A DNA stretch of 48,636 nucleotides, counting the filler, from Sphacelaria rigidula (Eukaryota), in assembly GCA_964200075.2 (NCBI GenBank). It is 3 parts of 3 records of this genome, joined end to end, with 100 filler letters (N's around TTAATTAATTAA, not from the genome) between each part and the next. Parts side by side here need not be neighbours in the genome. Positions count along the whole stretch, not along the records: positions 1 to 16,146 come from CAXNAA020001465.1; positions 16,247 to 32,391 come from CAXNAA020001466.1; 1 more part is not named here. The stretch is one strand, 5' to 3'. Of this stretch, positions 11,001 to 22,986 are shown piece after piece. The notes under the pieces are model-generated. The model was not told the DNA's origin, ran no database searches, and was given only the letters and a program-made list of their open reading frames with translations. The stretch's first letter is position 1. Every line of letters starts with the position of its first letter. The position numbers and the translations under genes were made by a program.

Positions 11001-13414
11001 TACTGCGCAGACTCAATCGCTATGATCGGTCACAAGTATAAGCAATTTTTTCAGGACAACACTGCTGGCGATCCCGTGTCTTGTGAGTTGGAATGTTGCT
11101 CCTGATACACATGGCGATCTGTGGGCTTTGAGTCGCGCCGTTCCAGGCTTTGCGCCATCTTATATTTGATACGGCAATACTCTGCAACATCGAATCGTCT
11201 CTTCGAATATGAGCCACCATTTTAGGACGATAAGACTCCAGCACACCACATAGTACCACAAAATCGTTCAAGTTTGAAATCGATCGGTGTCCTATGTGGA
11301 TCGACCTGACCTGCGTGAAGCCTGTCAAGAAGGGTCCGGCCAGCACCATGCATCCCAGCGCTTTCAACAGATCCTGGGAGCCAAGATCAAAGCTCACATC
11401 TCCCCCAAACGGATTCCACCAGTGATAGTTTCCTGTTAAAGCGCCGAGTAAAATACACGACGAGAGGAGCGACTCATTAAACTGCCGCACGCCGATATCC
11501 GACACGGTACATGTGCTGGCAGTGCAAAGTTAACAACGGGAGCCGTGCCAACATGACAAGACCTAAAAACCCTTTTTTGCACTTCACGGGGGATGCCTAC
11601 TATCTGTGTTTGACAAATACCATCCTCGTTTGAGATGCTTTTGGTAGTCGGGCCAACCAGCGACGCCGCACACTACGATTGGTCTGGCATCATGTACATA
11701 ACAATACAGTTTTGCAGTACCGTACAGCTTTCTTGACCACCTATTCATAGTTAGCAACCTGATGTCCGCGCAGTACATACCAGATGCAGCTGCGCCGCAG
11801 GTAACTCCCCAGATCAGGGGTATCCAGGTGACCGGCTTGGTGAGCTGGAGGCGGATTTTCCAAATATTCTCCGTCGTTGATGCACCTGTGGATTTTTCAA
11901 GTTTGGACACCGGTTATATACACCGCATAATAACTCCAGTGAAGAGTGGAGCACTTCACCCTGCACCTCCAGGATGAACGTGCAAAGGACGTACGACATG
12001 TGGTATACACACAAAACTGCTTGCGTGAAAGCAACGAGCTACATCCGTAGGTCTTGAAAATCGGGGGCCATCCGGGGCCAATATTCAACAGCAAATAATC
12101 GCAGCAATCATGTTCCAGTGGTTGGTGCAATGTTCCCACAGTAGGGTAAGCATGAATTTCCACAAATTTGGCATTCGAAAAACATAGCTTCACCTCTCCG
12201 TTCCGGGGTATCCAGTCTAATATTTTACCTTCCTTTGCCCCTGGTTGCATGGCATTAACGGATTGGTAAGACTTTGAGAAATTCACTTGTTTGAGGAATT
12301 GCACAGGTGTTGACTGGGGGATAGAGTAGGGGCCTCGATATCTGAGTTCAGTTATTGTTGCCGATACAACGTACGACCAGCAGCTGTTGCTCACCCTTTA
12401 GACCCAGCAGCTGCCGAAACGCTCCACCGGCACCCTCCCCCTCGGGTGTTCCGCCTGTTGTTTCTTCGGTTGTTGCCCACATTGGAGGCACAGAGTCAGG
12501 CCTGTGTGTTTCAACAACAGTCATATCGATGATGTTGCGTTCATGCAATGACGTCAAAACGTTACGCAGTGCATTGTTATTGCTACGTGCCCGGTTGAAC
12601 TGGTCGAGGCCGAACACGGGGTACAGGACCCCCGTCGGTTTCTTTGGATTCGCGTGAAGGACCCTTTATTTCAAAGTCTATGATAGATACTCTGCCGTCT
12701 GTCTGTTGATCAAGTTTCTGGTATAGTTTTGAACTCATCCCACAGACAGTACAGTAAGAAGCCCAACAGTAAGGAGCCCACCAATAACCCCGCGTGTTCT
12801 TATACTGTCCGTACTGACTGCCTGTAGTACCATATCGTGCTACTTCAGCATGATGAAGGTTGTCCAACAGTACATATATGACTGCCAGCCCCACGTCTGA
12901 ATATTCACACCAAACATAGGGCAATCATTTATCGACCCCATCGTGTTACTCGCTCTACACGGGTGTGCGCGTACATGTGTGATACGCATCCTGCTCACGG
13001 CACAGCTCTGCTCTCAGCATGTAGGAGTCTCGAGGATCAAGATGCGGTCGTGGTTCATGTTGACAACAGCATGACTCAACTACCTGCAACATTGGACTCG
13101 AGGGTGATGATCACATCTGCTGGGCCAGCATAGATCATTCGATCGTATACTGCATCAAACACCATCCCTATTGCACTGCTGTACGACACACCGGGAGTTG
13201 CTGCTTCTTCTGTATACCTTGTGCTTGTTCGTTGGAAAGGGTAGAAGGGCTGTCCTGGCCCCTTGCCGCCACCCTCTAACATGGAAACATGACCACGGCT
13301 TCCTCGAAATGTGTGGACTTTGCTAGAGATTTTGGGTACCAAAGGAACATGGAAAGCAGTCGCTCCGCCAAGAAATAGCGCAGCCGTGGCAATCCAAGGT
13401 AGTGGTGGCAACAT
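8054..13414 (-). CDS. chlG: Chlorophyll synthase (UbiA prenyltransferase family), nucleus-encoded and plastid-targeted, 8 exons, ~415 aa
   Basis: Exons 13414-13218 (alternative ATG at 13426), 12501-12395, 11885-11781, 11432-11311, 10606-10526, 9961-9704, 9073-8775 and 8132-8054 join in frame with consistent phases. Motifs: IRLQLTKPVTWIPLIWG, TQTINDWYDKEIDAINEPYRPIPSG, YSAPPLKLKQNGW, GIAIVNDFKSVEGDR, NDVKYQATAQPFLVFG. The N-terminus is a signal peptide followed by ATAFHVP. The exon 1/2 junction is the least certain. Confidence 0.95.
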
Positions 13415-13788
13415 GACGCTGTGCATACCAGGCGTGCTGCGGGCTGCGATACCGCGGGGTGACCCTCAATAATAACTAAATTTGTCTGCTTTCTCTTGAT
13501 GTTATTTTCCATGATCTCTCTCCCATCCTTTCGCCACCCACCGCCTCTCAAGACCCACTCGTCACAAGAGTCAAACTTCATTTTAGTACGAGTGTTGGTG
13601 GGCTAGGACTCACGCTATATGAAGGCTCCTTTGTTAGATATTATATAATTGTACGAAGGCTCCTTTGGTAGATAGTATGTGGTTGAAGAACTGAGAATAT
13701 GTATAGCTGCATATTACAGTAGTAGCTAGAGGTGGTGCCTTTTTTTTCATGACTTCTAAAAATTTTGCGACGGCTCAAAATTGGTCAT

Positions 13789-13850
13789 CGGTTGGTTGGT
13801 CGGTTGGTCGGTTGGTCGGTTGGTTGGTTGGGTTGTCGGTTGGTTGATTG
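13789..13850. repeat. (TTGG/TCGG)n tetranucleotide microsatellite in the chlG-kinase intergenic region
   Basis: ggttggttggtcggttggtcggttggtcggttggttggttgg seen directly. Confidence 0.85.
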
Positions 13851-14590
13851 ATATTTGTATTGTTTTTGCTGTTGTCGTCGTTGTTGGTTTTGTTTTCTTC
13901 GCAGTATACTATGTATTGGGCACCTGATGTGGACGCCTTCTCCGTGGTCACCAAAGGGCATATAATTCTCACAAAAAAGAAGAATGCGGTACCCTTTGCC
14001 ATTACAGGCTAAGTCGTCGTTACCACTGCTTTTTCGCGCAGGTCTCATAAACTTCAAGGGCAAGGTCTGTTCAGTTCAGCTTCCCAATAGATAGGGGTCG
14101 TTTTCCACCACATACAATATCAGACCCGTATCTTGCCCGTATAAACTGTTTTTGGAGTCGAGCAAGAGTGCTGACAGAATTATGCTGCACCCTCACAACA
14201 TACCGGACTATCTAAAGCAACTGCGCGATCAAAAGACAGCAAGTAACGCCGCCTCAAAAATACAGTACCTACTGTCAGTAGTTGGACACACTCAATTAGT
14301 GTCTCGTAGCATGACTAGTGTAGGAGTACGATGACTGGAGCAACATGGTAAAATAGTATCGTGGTTGATTGGTTAGATGATGACCGGGGGGATGCGGCGT
14401 GTGCACTGTACCCGATTTGAAATGGCTCAGACGGAGGTGGTGCGGGATCTCTTTCTTCCGTAGTGCGAGAGAAAGAAAGGGCGGCTTTCGTCGTAAGAGA
14501 GCGGCGGGAAAGGCCGAGAATAAAGTCTGAGAGAGCTTTCCCGTCGCGCTCTCTCTAATTGGTTGTAGACAAAGCCGTGCAAGATAAGCT

Positions 14591-14712
14591 ATGAATCGGT
14601 ACTCGCTAACGAAAAAGCTTGGCGATGGCACCTACGGCTCGGTTCTGAAAGCAGTCAACAGGCAAACCGGCGAGCAGGTGGCGGTGAAGAAGATGAAGAA
14701 GCTGTTCACTAG
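14591..14712 (+). CDS. First exon of a MAK/ICK (RCK family, CMGC) Ser/Thr protein kinase; remainder lies beyond the contig end
   Basis: [40 protein letters not shown](S), then donor AG|gtctgt. The MNRY...LGDGTYGSV...VAxKKMK pattern is characteristic of MAK/ICK subdomains I-II. The ORF track misses it. Confidence 0.9.
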
Positions 14713-15795
14713 GTCTGTGTCTGGGAGAGGTATTTGCGCGTGCGTGTGAGTGTGGACGCGGATGCGGATGTGGGTGGGTGGTATCTATATTGCTTGCAAG
14801 AACCATGCCTACCGTGCCGTTGAGATTCTTCGTCGCGCACGCCCTCCGATCTTCGGTGAGGCTTTCCACTGACCGCACTTGCTGAAGTGTTGTATCCTGG
14901 CGGCGCGGGGGGCATCAGGTCAACATATTAGTATTGGAATCGCGGGTGGGGCATTGTCGTGTATGTAGCTGGGCTGCAGTCACCCTTGCCTTCGTTTTGA
15001 ACGGTATGGTAGGATCACAATTTTGTAGTTCATAGCAGTTCATGGTGCGCCGCCGGTGGTCTAGTTCTCGGGAATGCCGATGGCTCCATCGTATCATACA
15101 GAGAACCAACAGAGTTTCATGGCCGTAGATTCACTGTTCGGTACGCTACTATTGTACCGTTTTGTTCTGCACTTCTCCTTAAGACTACAGTCAAACACTG
15201 GATGTATGGAGTTGCCGGTTGACTTGTATCTAATGAGGCTCTTGGGTTGTGCCGGTTTCGAGCTCTGTTGTGAACCCTCCGTGTATGACAAAAGATTATA
15301 CTCGGGAGTATAATTCAAAACAAACGAAAGTGACTCGATTGCCCCTTGAAGAACCTGATTTCAATTTTGAAAACGATTTTGAATCATCCCGCAAACCGCG
15401 GAGATAAACAGCATGCACATGATCCATGCTTGCAGATGCGCACAGTCGCGGGACGACCTCTGAGACAGACAAGCTAAACGACGAATTAGCAAACCAGCCA
15501 TCGCTAGTGTAAGGCATCACTGGAGGCGAGAGACAAAAGGTAGTTTCATCGCACACCTGGATGGCCTTGTCTGAGGGCCCGTTGTCTGTTGTCGTCGTAT
15601 TGTATATGTCCGTTGTCGTCGTCGTACAATACCTGTTGAACGCCGATATAGGATATCCTTTGGATCCACTCACGCGCGCAACCGTCCATGCTGTCCATAA
15701 GAACGGACTGCAAGTGTATGCACAACTCCTCTCCACATCTTGTCGTTTGAAAATTCGGGGACCGTGTCTTAGCGCATCAGTTTTCGATCGAAAAA

Positions 15796-15829
15796 GTGCG
15801 GTGTGTGTGTGTGTGTATGTCTGTGTGTA

Positions 15830-15878
<49 letters not shown>

Positions 15879-16146
15879 GTGTGTGTGTTGTCGCCCCATC
15901 TATTCTGGACGCCGGTCTATATACAGTATGTCGGTATATGTAGGCGCACCACCTGAGGTCACACAGGAGGAAGGTCAAAACAGGAGTTTTTTTTTTCTTT
16001 CAGTACTCCACCTTTCTTTTGCGGTACTTGCCTTCATTTTTTATCGCGAGAGGAGTACAGCAGCCCCTTTCCCTCGTCGATCGTGAAGTCGAATTTTGTG
16101 TACCCACGACATAGTTGCTCTCCACTGCTGGGCATGGTGTGAGAAA
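15796..16146 (-). mobile_element. SINE-like family 1, 3' portion with long (CA)n tail, truncated by contig end
   Basis: Body (tattctggacg...ggtcacacaggaggaaggtca...tttatcgcgaga...ccctttccctcgtc...tttgtgtaccc) is colinear with 28075-28330 and is preceded on + by (TG)n at about 15800-15888. Confidence 0.8.
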
Positions 16147-16246
16147 NNNNNNNNNNNNNNNNNNNNNNNNNNNNNNNNNNNNNNNNNNNNTTAATTAATT
16201 AANNNNNNNNNNNNNNNNNNNNNNNNNNNNNNNNNNNNNNNNNNNN
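16147..16246. other. Artificial contig spacer (N44-TTAATTAATTAA-N44)
   Basis: Exactly 100 nt with a palindromic six-frame stop linker; identical to 32392-32491. Confidence 0.97.
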
Positions 16247-17503
16247 CGAAGATTTTAATCCTCCGGGTTATCATCCTCAATGAAAATCTCCATCCTCAAC
16301 ATAGATGATCCGCTGTTCAAAGCAGCCAGAAGACATTCGAAGCAGGTAGCAATAACCGCACGCGGGAGAAGCGACCAAATGGTGAGAAAAAAATCGAGTA
16401 TATATAGGTTGTTCTCCGGTGCAAACGCATAATGAACAGTGCGACTCGGACACCCGTACGAACTTGTACTCATGCTTATTTTCAAGAATCGAAGCACCAC
16501 GATTATCATCTTTGTGTGCTCCCAGGGAAAGAAGGTTGTTTTTCCCTTACACGTAGTTGTCCTCACACAACCTCGCACTGGCTACGTGTTGCACGTTTTT
16601 GTTTTTCGTTCCCACCCGTTAGCCTCCCGTTGGAGCGGCCGAGGGGTTACTCGTGAAAGCCTTGGGGTGAAAAGTGACTTCAATCAATGTCTAACTTGGT
16701 GCCTGCCTTGTACTGTCACACAGGTACAACCAAAGTGTTTGAAGCTCCTTTGCATAGACCCGGCGTGCCACATCAGGAAACGTGAGTTTGGGTCTGAGCG
16801 TAATGTGGACATCGCACTTTAGGGAGACGCTGGACGCGGTGCTTGTTACTACCATGTTACATAAGAATTGTATATATATGCGGCATTCATTCGAACCCTA
16901 TTTCTTCTGTTGTCGCTACTTTTAACTTTGACTAATTTGAGGCCTGTTTTTAGCATCGGGTCGGGTCTACATTTTGAATATTATTAACTGTCTTCTAAAC
17001 ACCACCTGGACAAGATATTCACAGGAAAAAGGATGTAGGAATACTACTTCTACTCACGACAAGTATATTGTACCATTCAGTTTCACATGGCCGCAATTTA
17101 TTTTCAACCCGTGGGCAGACTAAGCAGCAGCCGTCACTCGAGTGCGCTCTACTCGCTCGAAAGACGAAGGGCGTGCAGTAAGCACCAAGGAAGCCACTGG
17201 GGGCCAGGTAAAAGAGAGCGGTACCACATTATCTGTATCCCCCCCCATGCTTTTCTCAACACCCTCTGATATGATATCTCATGGCGTTCCTCTTCAGAGG
17301 GTGTTCCAATACAAATACCACGCGTTAGACACAGTGATGTGAGGTACCTCTCGTTCCTCCTCCGCCCTGCTCTCAGTACCAAGTGTAGGTGCGATAAATA
17401 ACGACACACATATCTACGACAAGGGTCCAAAGCACCCTCTCGTCCCCCCCCCCCCCCCCCCCCCCCCCCGCTTCGCGCATGTATGGCACGAATGACCGCC
17501 AGG

Positions 17504-20500
17504 TCAGGTCAGCTTTGCTTTGAACTGCTCGAAGAGCGCACAGACATGACCAAAGTCCATGTAGTCGCCCCAGTCGATGGCCTTCATGTCTTTCTTGTCG
17601 CGGTGTTCGGGGTTTGCTCCACTTTCGAGCAAAAACCCTGTAATAGACACCTCGTTGTGAAACACGGCGTAGAAAAGACACGTCCACCCTGCCTGAACAA
17701 AACGATTCCGAAAGTGAGAACGGCCAGCAATCGTCACAGGCGATGGAGAAGGTTGAACAGGTGATGGCAAAATGTGCAGCATGAGTCACGCGATGAGTAC
17801 TCTTGCTCCTGAGGTCTTTGACGGGGATGCAAAAGTGCATATGATGTCTATGAGATTAGCAATGAGAGCATTATTCCCCACCATCATTACACCCAACAAC
17901 AATTGTAGTGGTTTGACCCTTTTCCCGTCCAGGTGTCTCCATTTTACAAACTGACATCATGTCCATTTGACAAATGAAGGCTAGACTATGGTGGCAAGCC
18001 CTGGTTTACCTTGGATGATTGGTATTTTTGGCCATTGGTCATCCTCTGAATATTTTCAACTCGGCGATAATCTATCCTGCACTGTTGCCATACCATCACG
18101 CGAACTATGACGTGACGCCTTTGCTGTGTAATTTTTCTGATGACGTGAAGATATGAGCCAAGCGGTCACCTCCTGCGGGTGTTCTTATGCTTGTGACAAT
18201 ATGTGTACACGATGAATACGTTGATGGCTTGGTGATCGGTAGGAGTTCATTGATTAGTTGGTGCTTTCGTACATCTTCCTATTTCTTGCATTGTTTGGAC
18301 AACAGCGTATCGTAAATGCTTTCACCTTATTGCAGGGGGTACCACATCTATCTGTCAAATCCAGCGCACCTCCCCCCTCCCCCATTAGGTCAGCCTCTTT
18401 GGAATATCTCACAGATTGGCTGGAAACCGCGATGGTGGCATATGAAGCCCTCTGCTAGTAGCTAAATTATCTGCAGGAGTATATTTAGCGTACGTAGATA
18501 TCTCGATAGAGGAACAAAGCTCGTTCTTCATCCTTTATATATAGGGCGCAGCATGGGAAACTGCGGTGCTTAGCCACCTCACTTTTTGGTCGCCAAATGA
18601 GTTCGATGATTCCTGACTTACGGTTGACTTGTACTAATCTCTCGAGAAGAGCGTACATCCTTGCTCAGACTCCAGCGGAATAAAACGTACTTTCGTTATT
18701 AGAGGTTTGGCTACGTGTGGCCTCGCTATTACTTGAGCTCAGAGTGCCTTTTCCTTCTCTCCCAGAAAGTGGGCTTCAGCAAACAATCGGGGCGCCGTTC
18801 GATTTTTCATCCATCACCCCTTTCTTTATCGAGATATACGATGCAATTTTCTGGAAAATGATCTACGGCAATGGTGTCTGAGTTTGTCAAGCCCTATTTT
18901 GACTACTTGTGGGTAGTAAGCGAGCTTTGGGGGTGCTGTAGACTCTGGCCATCATTGTTATTGAGATCAGGCAGGTACACGGATGCACAGTCAGTAGGCG
19001 GAACAATGCGACGGATCGCGTGTCTTCGTGCGTGAGCACGTCCTGTCATTCAGCAGCCCTTCGTATTACCACTTATGTTCTTCTCACCCCATACACGCGC
19101 ACAAACACAACCGTATACACGCACACCTTTCCTAGTCCCAGTCCTGTAGGGTCAAAGTCGTACGTAGGTACCACGTACACATTTTATTCCCGTTGTCGTC
19201 ACCTCATGATAACCACCGGACGGTACGAGTAGTATGTCCGTTCTTGGTAAGCCTGACGTGCATGCCGTCCTTGTCCATCTAGGCGCAAGCTATACTACGG
19301 TAGGGGTGCACTTTTCGCGCAAAATCTTGTCTTGTTCAGGGGCTCCTAACGATTCTTGACGCGTAAGAATATGGGTGAGGGCATCCCCGTTTGGAAATTC
19401 ATTCGGAACGTCCCTAGCACATTAGGATAGTAACCCTGGCGTTTTCTCACATATTTCACAAGTCATGTTTTGGACGCCACAAAGGGCTCCTAACGATTCC
19501 AACCACAGAAAATATGTGTGCACCCCTACCGTAGCATCACTCTCGGAGATAATGAAACACCAGTACCTTATCTTGGGGATCAAGTTCTGCTCCAAAGACG
19601 CCCACCAGCATCTCCACCATAGACTCGTTTCCCAATCTGCAGGCTAGCATGAGCGGAGTCATGCCCACCTCAATGTACAAAGCCGGTCATCGATTGGCAC
19701 AAAGAACGGGTCTGGCACTGTTACAAACCAAGCTCTCAACACACGCGAACATGAATCATACATATTTAGATATCGGTTTTCACCGGTCGCTAATTCAACT
19801 CTGTGTACATTACATGATTCTGGACACAAAATTATTACCACGAAACGTTGACCAACACTTGGCCCGTGCAGGGTTTCCAGTTAACTTCCGAGTTTTGTAT
19901 CGTCCTATCGGATGCGCCCGTTCCATCTTGAGTGTGTATCTGAGTAGTCGTTCCTGTCGGTTGCTTTTGGTGGAGGCGGTATTATATGCGGTAGCATTCT
20001 TGTGGATATTGCCGTTATTATGGCAGTAGTATACTTTTGATGCTGTGAAATATTTTGACCAGAGGGAGAGTTTCATATGAAGTCATGGTACAGTATCGCG
20101 GCATCTTACAGTAGATCACAGTGCAGTACAAACAACGCATTCTTGAGATTGAGAGTAGAGTGCTGATTGAGAGTGGCTTTGATTATTCGCTTCAACTTAG
20201 CCAATTTTGCATTCCATGTGTGGTTCTCGTTGCCTCCATCACTAGCGTGTGCTTAGAGCAACACGTCGATATCCTACTCAGGGATATCGAGGGCCTCACT
20301 TGCAAGCTACTACAGAAAGCATATCGGGCGTCGTTCGGGAGCATTTCGGAACTGAAACGATTCATTCACTAATTGACCGCTAGTCACTCTCAATCGTATC
20401 CTCTACTCCCAATCTCACGAAAATATTGTTCACAGTACAGTGCAGCACAGTACAGTGCAGTGTAGTACAGTACAGTAGGATACGGTAAATATATATTTTA

Positions 20501-20946
20501 ATCAAGTAATGTATGTCTTGACACAGTACAGGGCTATCAAGTGGAGTATAATCCAACACGGTGTTATAATAAAAAATGTTTGTAATAAAGCCGGATTGAC
20601 AATCCCCACAGGTTACCTAGCAATTTTGATGATGTAGTCTCCGACGGTATCTACACCAATCAACACCTTTTACTTGCTATGAATAAGAGCATCGAGGAGA
20701 ATATACATTCACGAACAACATATCGCTACATTTATTTCTTTTCTAACAAGCAACCTACCATCTCACTGCTTTTAGAACAAATGCGCGTGCATCCATGCCT
20801 GTTCCCTTACCGACGTTACATTGCGTACGCAGTGTCACCTCTCCTACCTTGTCTCCGGCGTTGACGTTTGCGCCTCTGAAAGCCATTTTCTGTGCAGAAG
20901 ACTCTAGTTCCACGAGTACAGCACAGTGGAGAGGGCTGTGACCCGT
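17504..20946 (-). CDS. Ankyrin-repeat protein, last three exons (5' end unresolved)
   Basis: Phase-0 exons: 20946-20848 (TGHSPLHCAVLVELESSAQKMAFRGANVNAGDK), 19668-19567 (VGMTPLMLACRLGNESMVEMLVGVFGAELDPQDK) and 17692-17504 (AGWTCLFYAVFHNEVSITGFLLESGANPEHRDKKDMKAIDWG...stop). Each fits the GxTPLHxA...GAD/N ankyrin consensus. Confidence 0.88.
19298..19531. mobile_element. Tc1/mariner-type MITE in an ankyrin-gene intron
   Basis: TA|CGGTAGGGGTGCAC ... GTGCACCCCTACCG|TA: perfect TIR with a TA target duplication, plus an internal direct repeat gggctcctaacgattc (2 copies). Confidence 0.8.
20132..20429. mobile_element. MITE-like element, copy 2 (inverted relative to 6063-6345)
   Basis: Colinear reverse-complement similarity to 6063-6345 along its whole length, with the same gagattgagagt/ctc(t/c)caatctcacgaa ends. 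Confidence 0.8.
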
Positions 20947-21700
20947 CTGTGCGTTCAAATGGAGTCAGCACGAACGGGGATACACGGCAACGGGGACAGG
21001 GTGCGGGCGGTTCGGGTGGCGGCGGGGAAGACTGATGGAAGCTCATCCACATAAAAGACGGGGGGTAACGACCGGTTTACCATGCCGGGCGTATCTCTTC
21101 ATATATATATTGTACATACAATAATACATACACGTATCTTTATCTTCGTAGAGGCTACGGAGTCGCGATAGAAGATGGAATGCTCCCTCTCCCTTTTTCA
21201 TCATATGTCGCAAACACTCGTACGGGAGTCTCATGGAACACATGTGCGACACAGTTCACCCCTACTATCGTTGCACGACTATGTGCGATCCAACCAACTC
21301 CCTATGCCTATAAATGATAGTCCTGATCCTGGCGAAGGCATACCGTGAAGACTCGGGGCAGTAGGTGGTCTATCTTGCCTGTACTAGCTGGTAGAATGTA
21401 CTCTATGAGATACGGTACTCTGCCATTAGCGGCGTTGCTCAGAGCATCATGGTGCCCTATGAACGCCCTTATCTAAAAACCAGGCCCTAGGTTCACAGGT
21501 TTTAGTAAACCAATTGCCGAAAGGGGGATATCAGCACTGTCTTGCACTGTCGTGCGAAGTTCGACTGATGTCGATAGCCCCACCCCCCAAGAAGTGGCTG
21601 GGAACTCCCACATTTGAGATCGGTTCTGGCGTCGTCGTGAGGCGCCTCATGCAGTCTGGAGTCAGCTATCATGCGCTGTTGTGGGGTTCGTTTGGGAGGG

Positions 21701-22100
21701 GGCGTACTCATTTGTTGCTTGCCTTAGTCGCTTGACCATTGACCACGTATCCCTTTCGAGATGGCGCACCGTTCCTACTCTTAATAGAGACAGCTCCAAC
21801 ATTCAGGTGCTCGCATTACGTTTCTTCGATACACTACACAAAAACGTTTTAGATATTTTATCCCCGTCCTGTTTCGCCGTCTGTGACAACCATCTATCTC
21901 CCAGTACAGTCATCGTTCTTTCGCTACTGTCCAATGTATCAAACGATTCCATGCCACCTTCGTTCACGTCCCGCATTTCCTCCTGTAGCACGTCCCGTTC
22001 CTCCTTGTACAGTTCACACTCTGCCACTATATGAGTTCTGCTCTCTGTTGCTTTGCCACAAGGGCAATTCTGTGCATCTACTTCCTCCTCCTCTCGACTA
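21701..22100 (-). mobile_element. 3' remnant of a non-LTR retrotransposon (LINE) ORF2 with CCHC zinc knuckle
   Basis: Translates EEVDAQNCPCGKATESRTHIVAECELYKEERDVLQEEMR...MESFDTLDSSERTMTVLGDRW. The CxC...ESxxHIxxEC motif is typical of LINE ORF2 C-termini, and the same 3' end recurs at 32492-32755 and 39318-39485. Confidence 0.75.
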
Positions 22101-22659
22101 CTGGTGTGTGTGTATATATATATATATATATATTTATTCTTTTTGGCAGGTCCAGGTCCTCCGCCCGAAATCGTCGTTATGTCATCGAGGATGAAACCAG
22201 CACTTTCGCACTCTATCGACTCTCACCAAACATCTGCTGCTCGCGTCCACGCACCGTCAATGATGGAGCCGGGTTCTGCTCAAGAATGCCGTATCTGTCG
22301 GAACTAGAGCCACCACCTCACGATCAAAATGGCTACTGGTCTACCCGAGGGTGCACCGGGGCGTGGCAGCAACATGTGTGCTGCTAGGTTCGCACCAGAG
22401 TACGGGCAACTCCTTTCGAGAAAATCTTTCTTTCAAAGTGTGCCCCGACTTTGTGTTTCCCCGACAAGGAGGAAAGTCGTAAGACGTTGGGATGACATTT
22501 TGTTGCGACGGGTTACTCTGCTCTTGTTGCGTGTAGGAGACGCGATTGACGACGAAAGAGTCAGGGGCTGTCGCCTACAGTAGCCTACAGTACTGTAGAC
22601 AACACCGCAGACTAAATAAGCATGTCAAACCCGCAAGCGTGCAATGTCGTGCAGGTCCC

Positions 22660-22860
22660 ATCCGGGATGTGGCTGTCCATGTTGGGTCTCAGTACCATCT
22701 GAGATGTTCATCTGGGACATGGCATCTGTTTGAGGCATCCATCTCGGACCTCACAGCCATCGGGGATGCCCGATTGGGACGTTCATCTTTGAGTATACAC
22801 CGCTACACCGCAGGCGATCACTTGGGGCGTCCAATACGGTATCTGACGGTACCCCCAAAA
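22660..22860. repeat. Degenerate (gatgtccatctgagat)-type repeat family
   Basis: The same catctgagatg/catctgggat motif cluster occurs at about 29265-29400 and 44325-44960. Confidence 0.65.
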
Positions 22861-22986
22861 GCTTTCAAAAAGTCATGCCTCTGACTCGCGCGTTAAGGCC
22901 ACCTTCACGAAATACTGAAGCTCAACCCAAGGATGAGCGCTCCAAATGCCAATGTATGAGCTGCGCGCACTGAGCTACAAACTCAC

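Noticed and set aside
12583..12680. Extra chlG exon (DFEIKGPSRESKETDGGPVPRVRP...)
   Set aside because: No donor gives the phase 2 needed to join exon 12501, and the direct 13218^12501 join is already in frame.
16247..17220. Possible plus-strand exons (MKISILNIDDPLFK...; TKQQPSLECALL...)
   Set aside because: They are short, have no recognisable motif and sit at a contig edge, so they cannot be distinguished from chance.
14591..20946. Ankyrin gene nested antisense in the first intron of the MAK kinase
   Set aside because: An artificial contig linker at 16147-16246 separates them, so linkage is unsupported.
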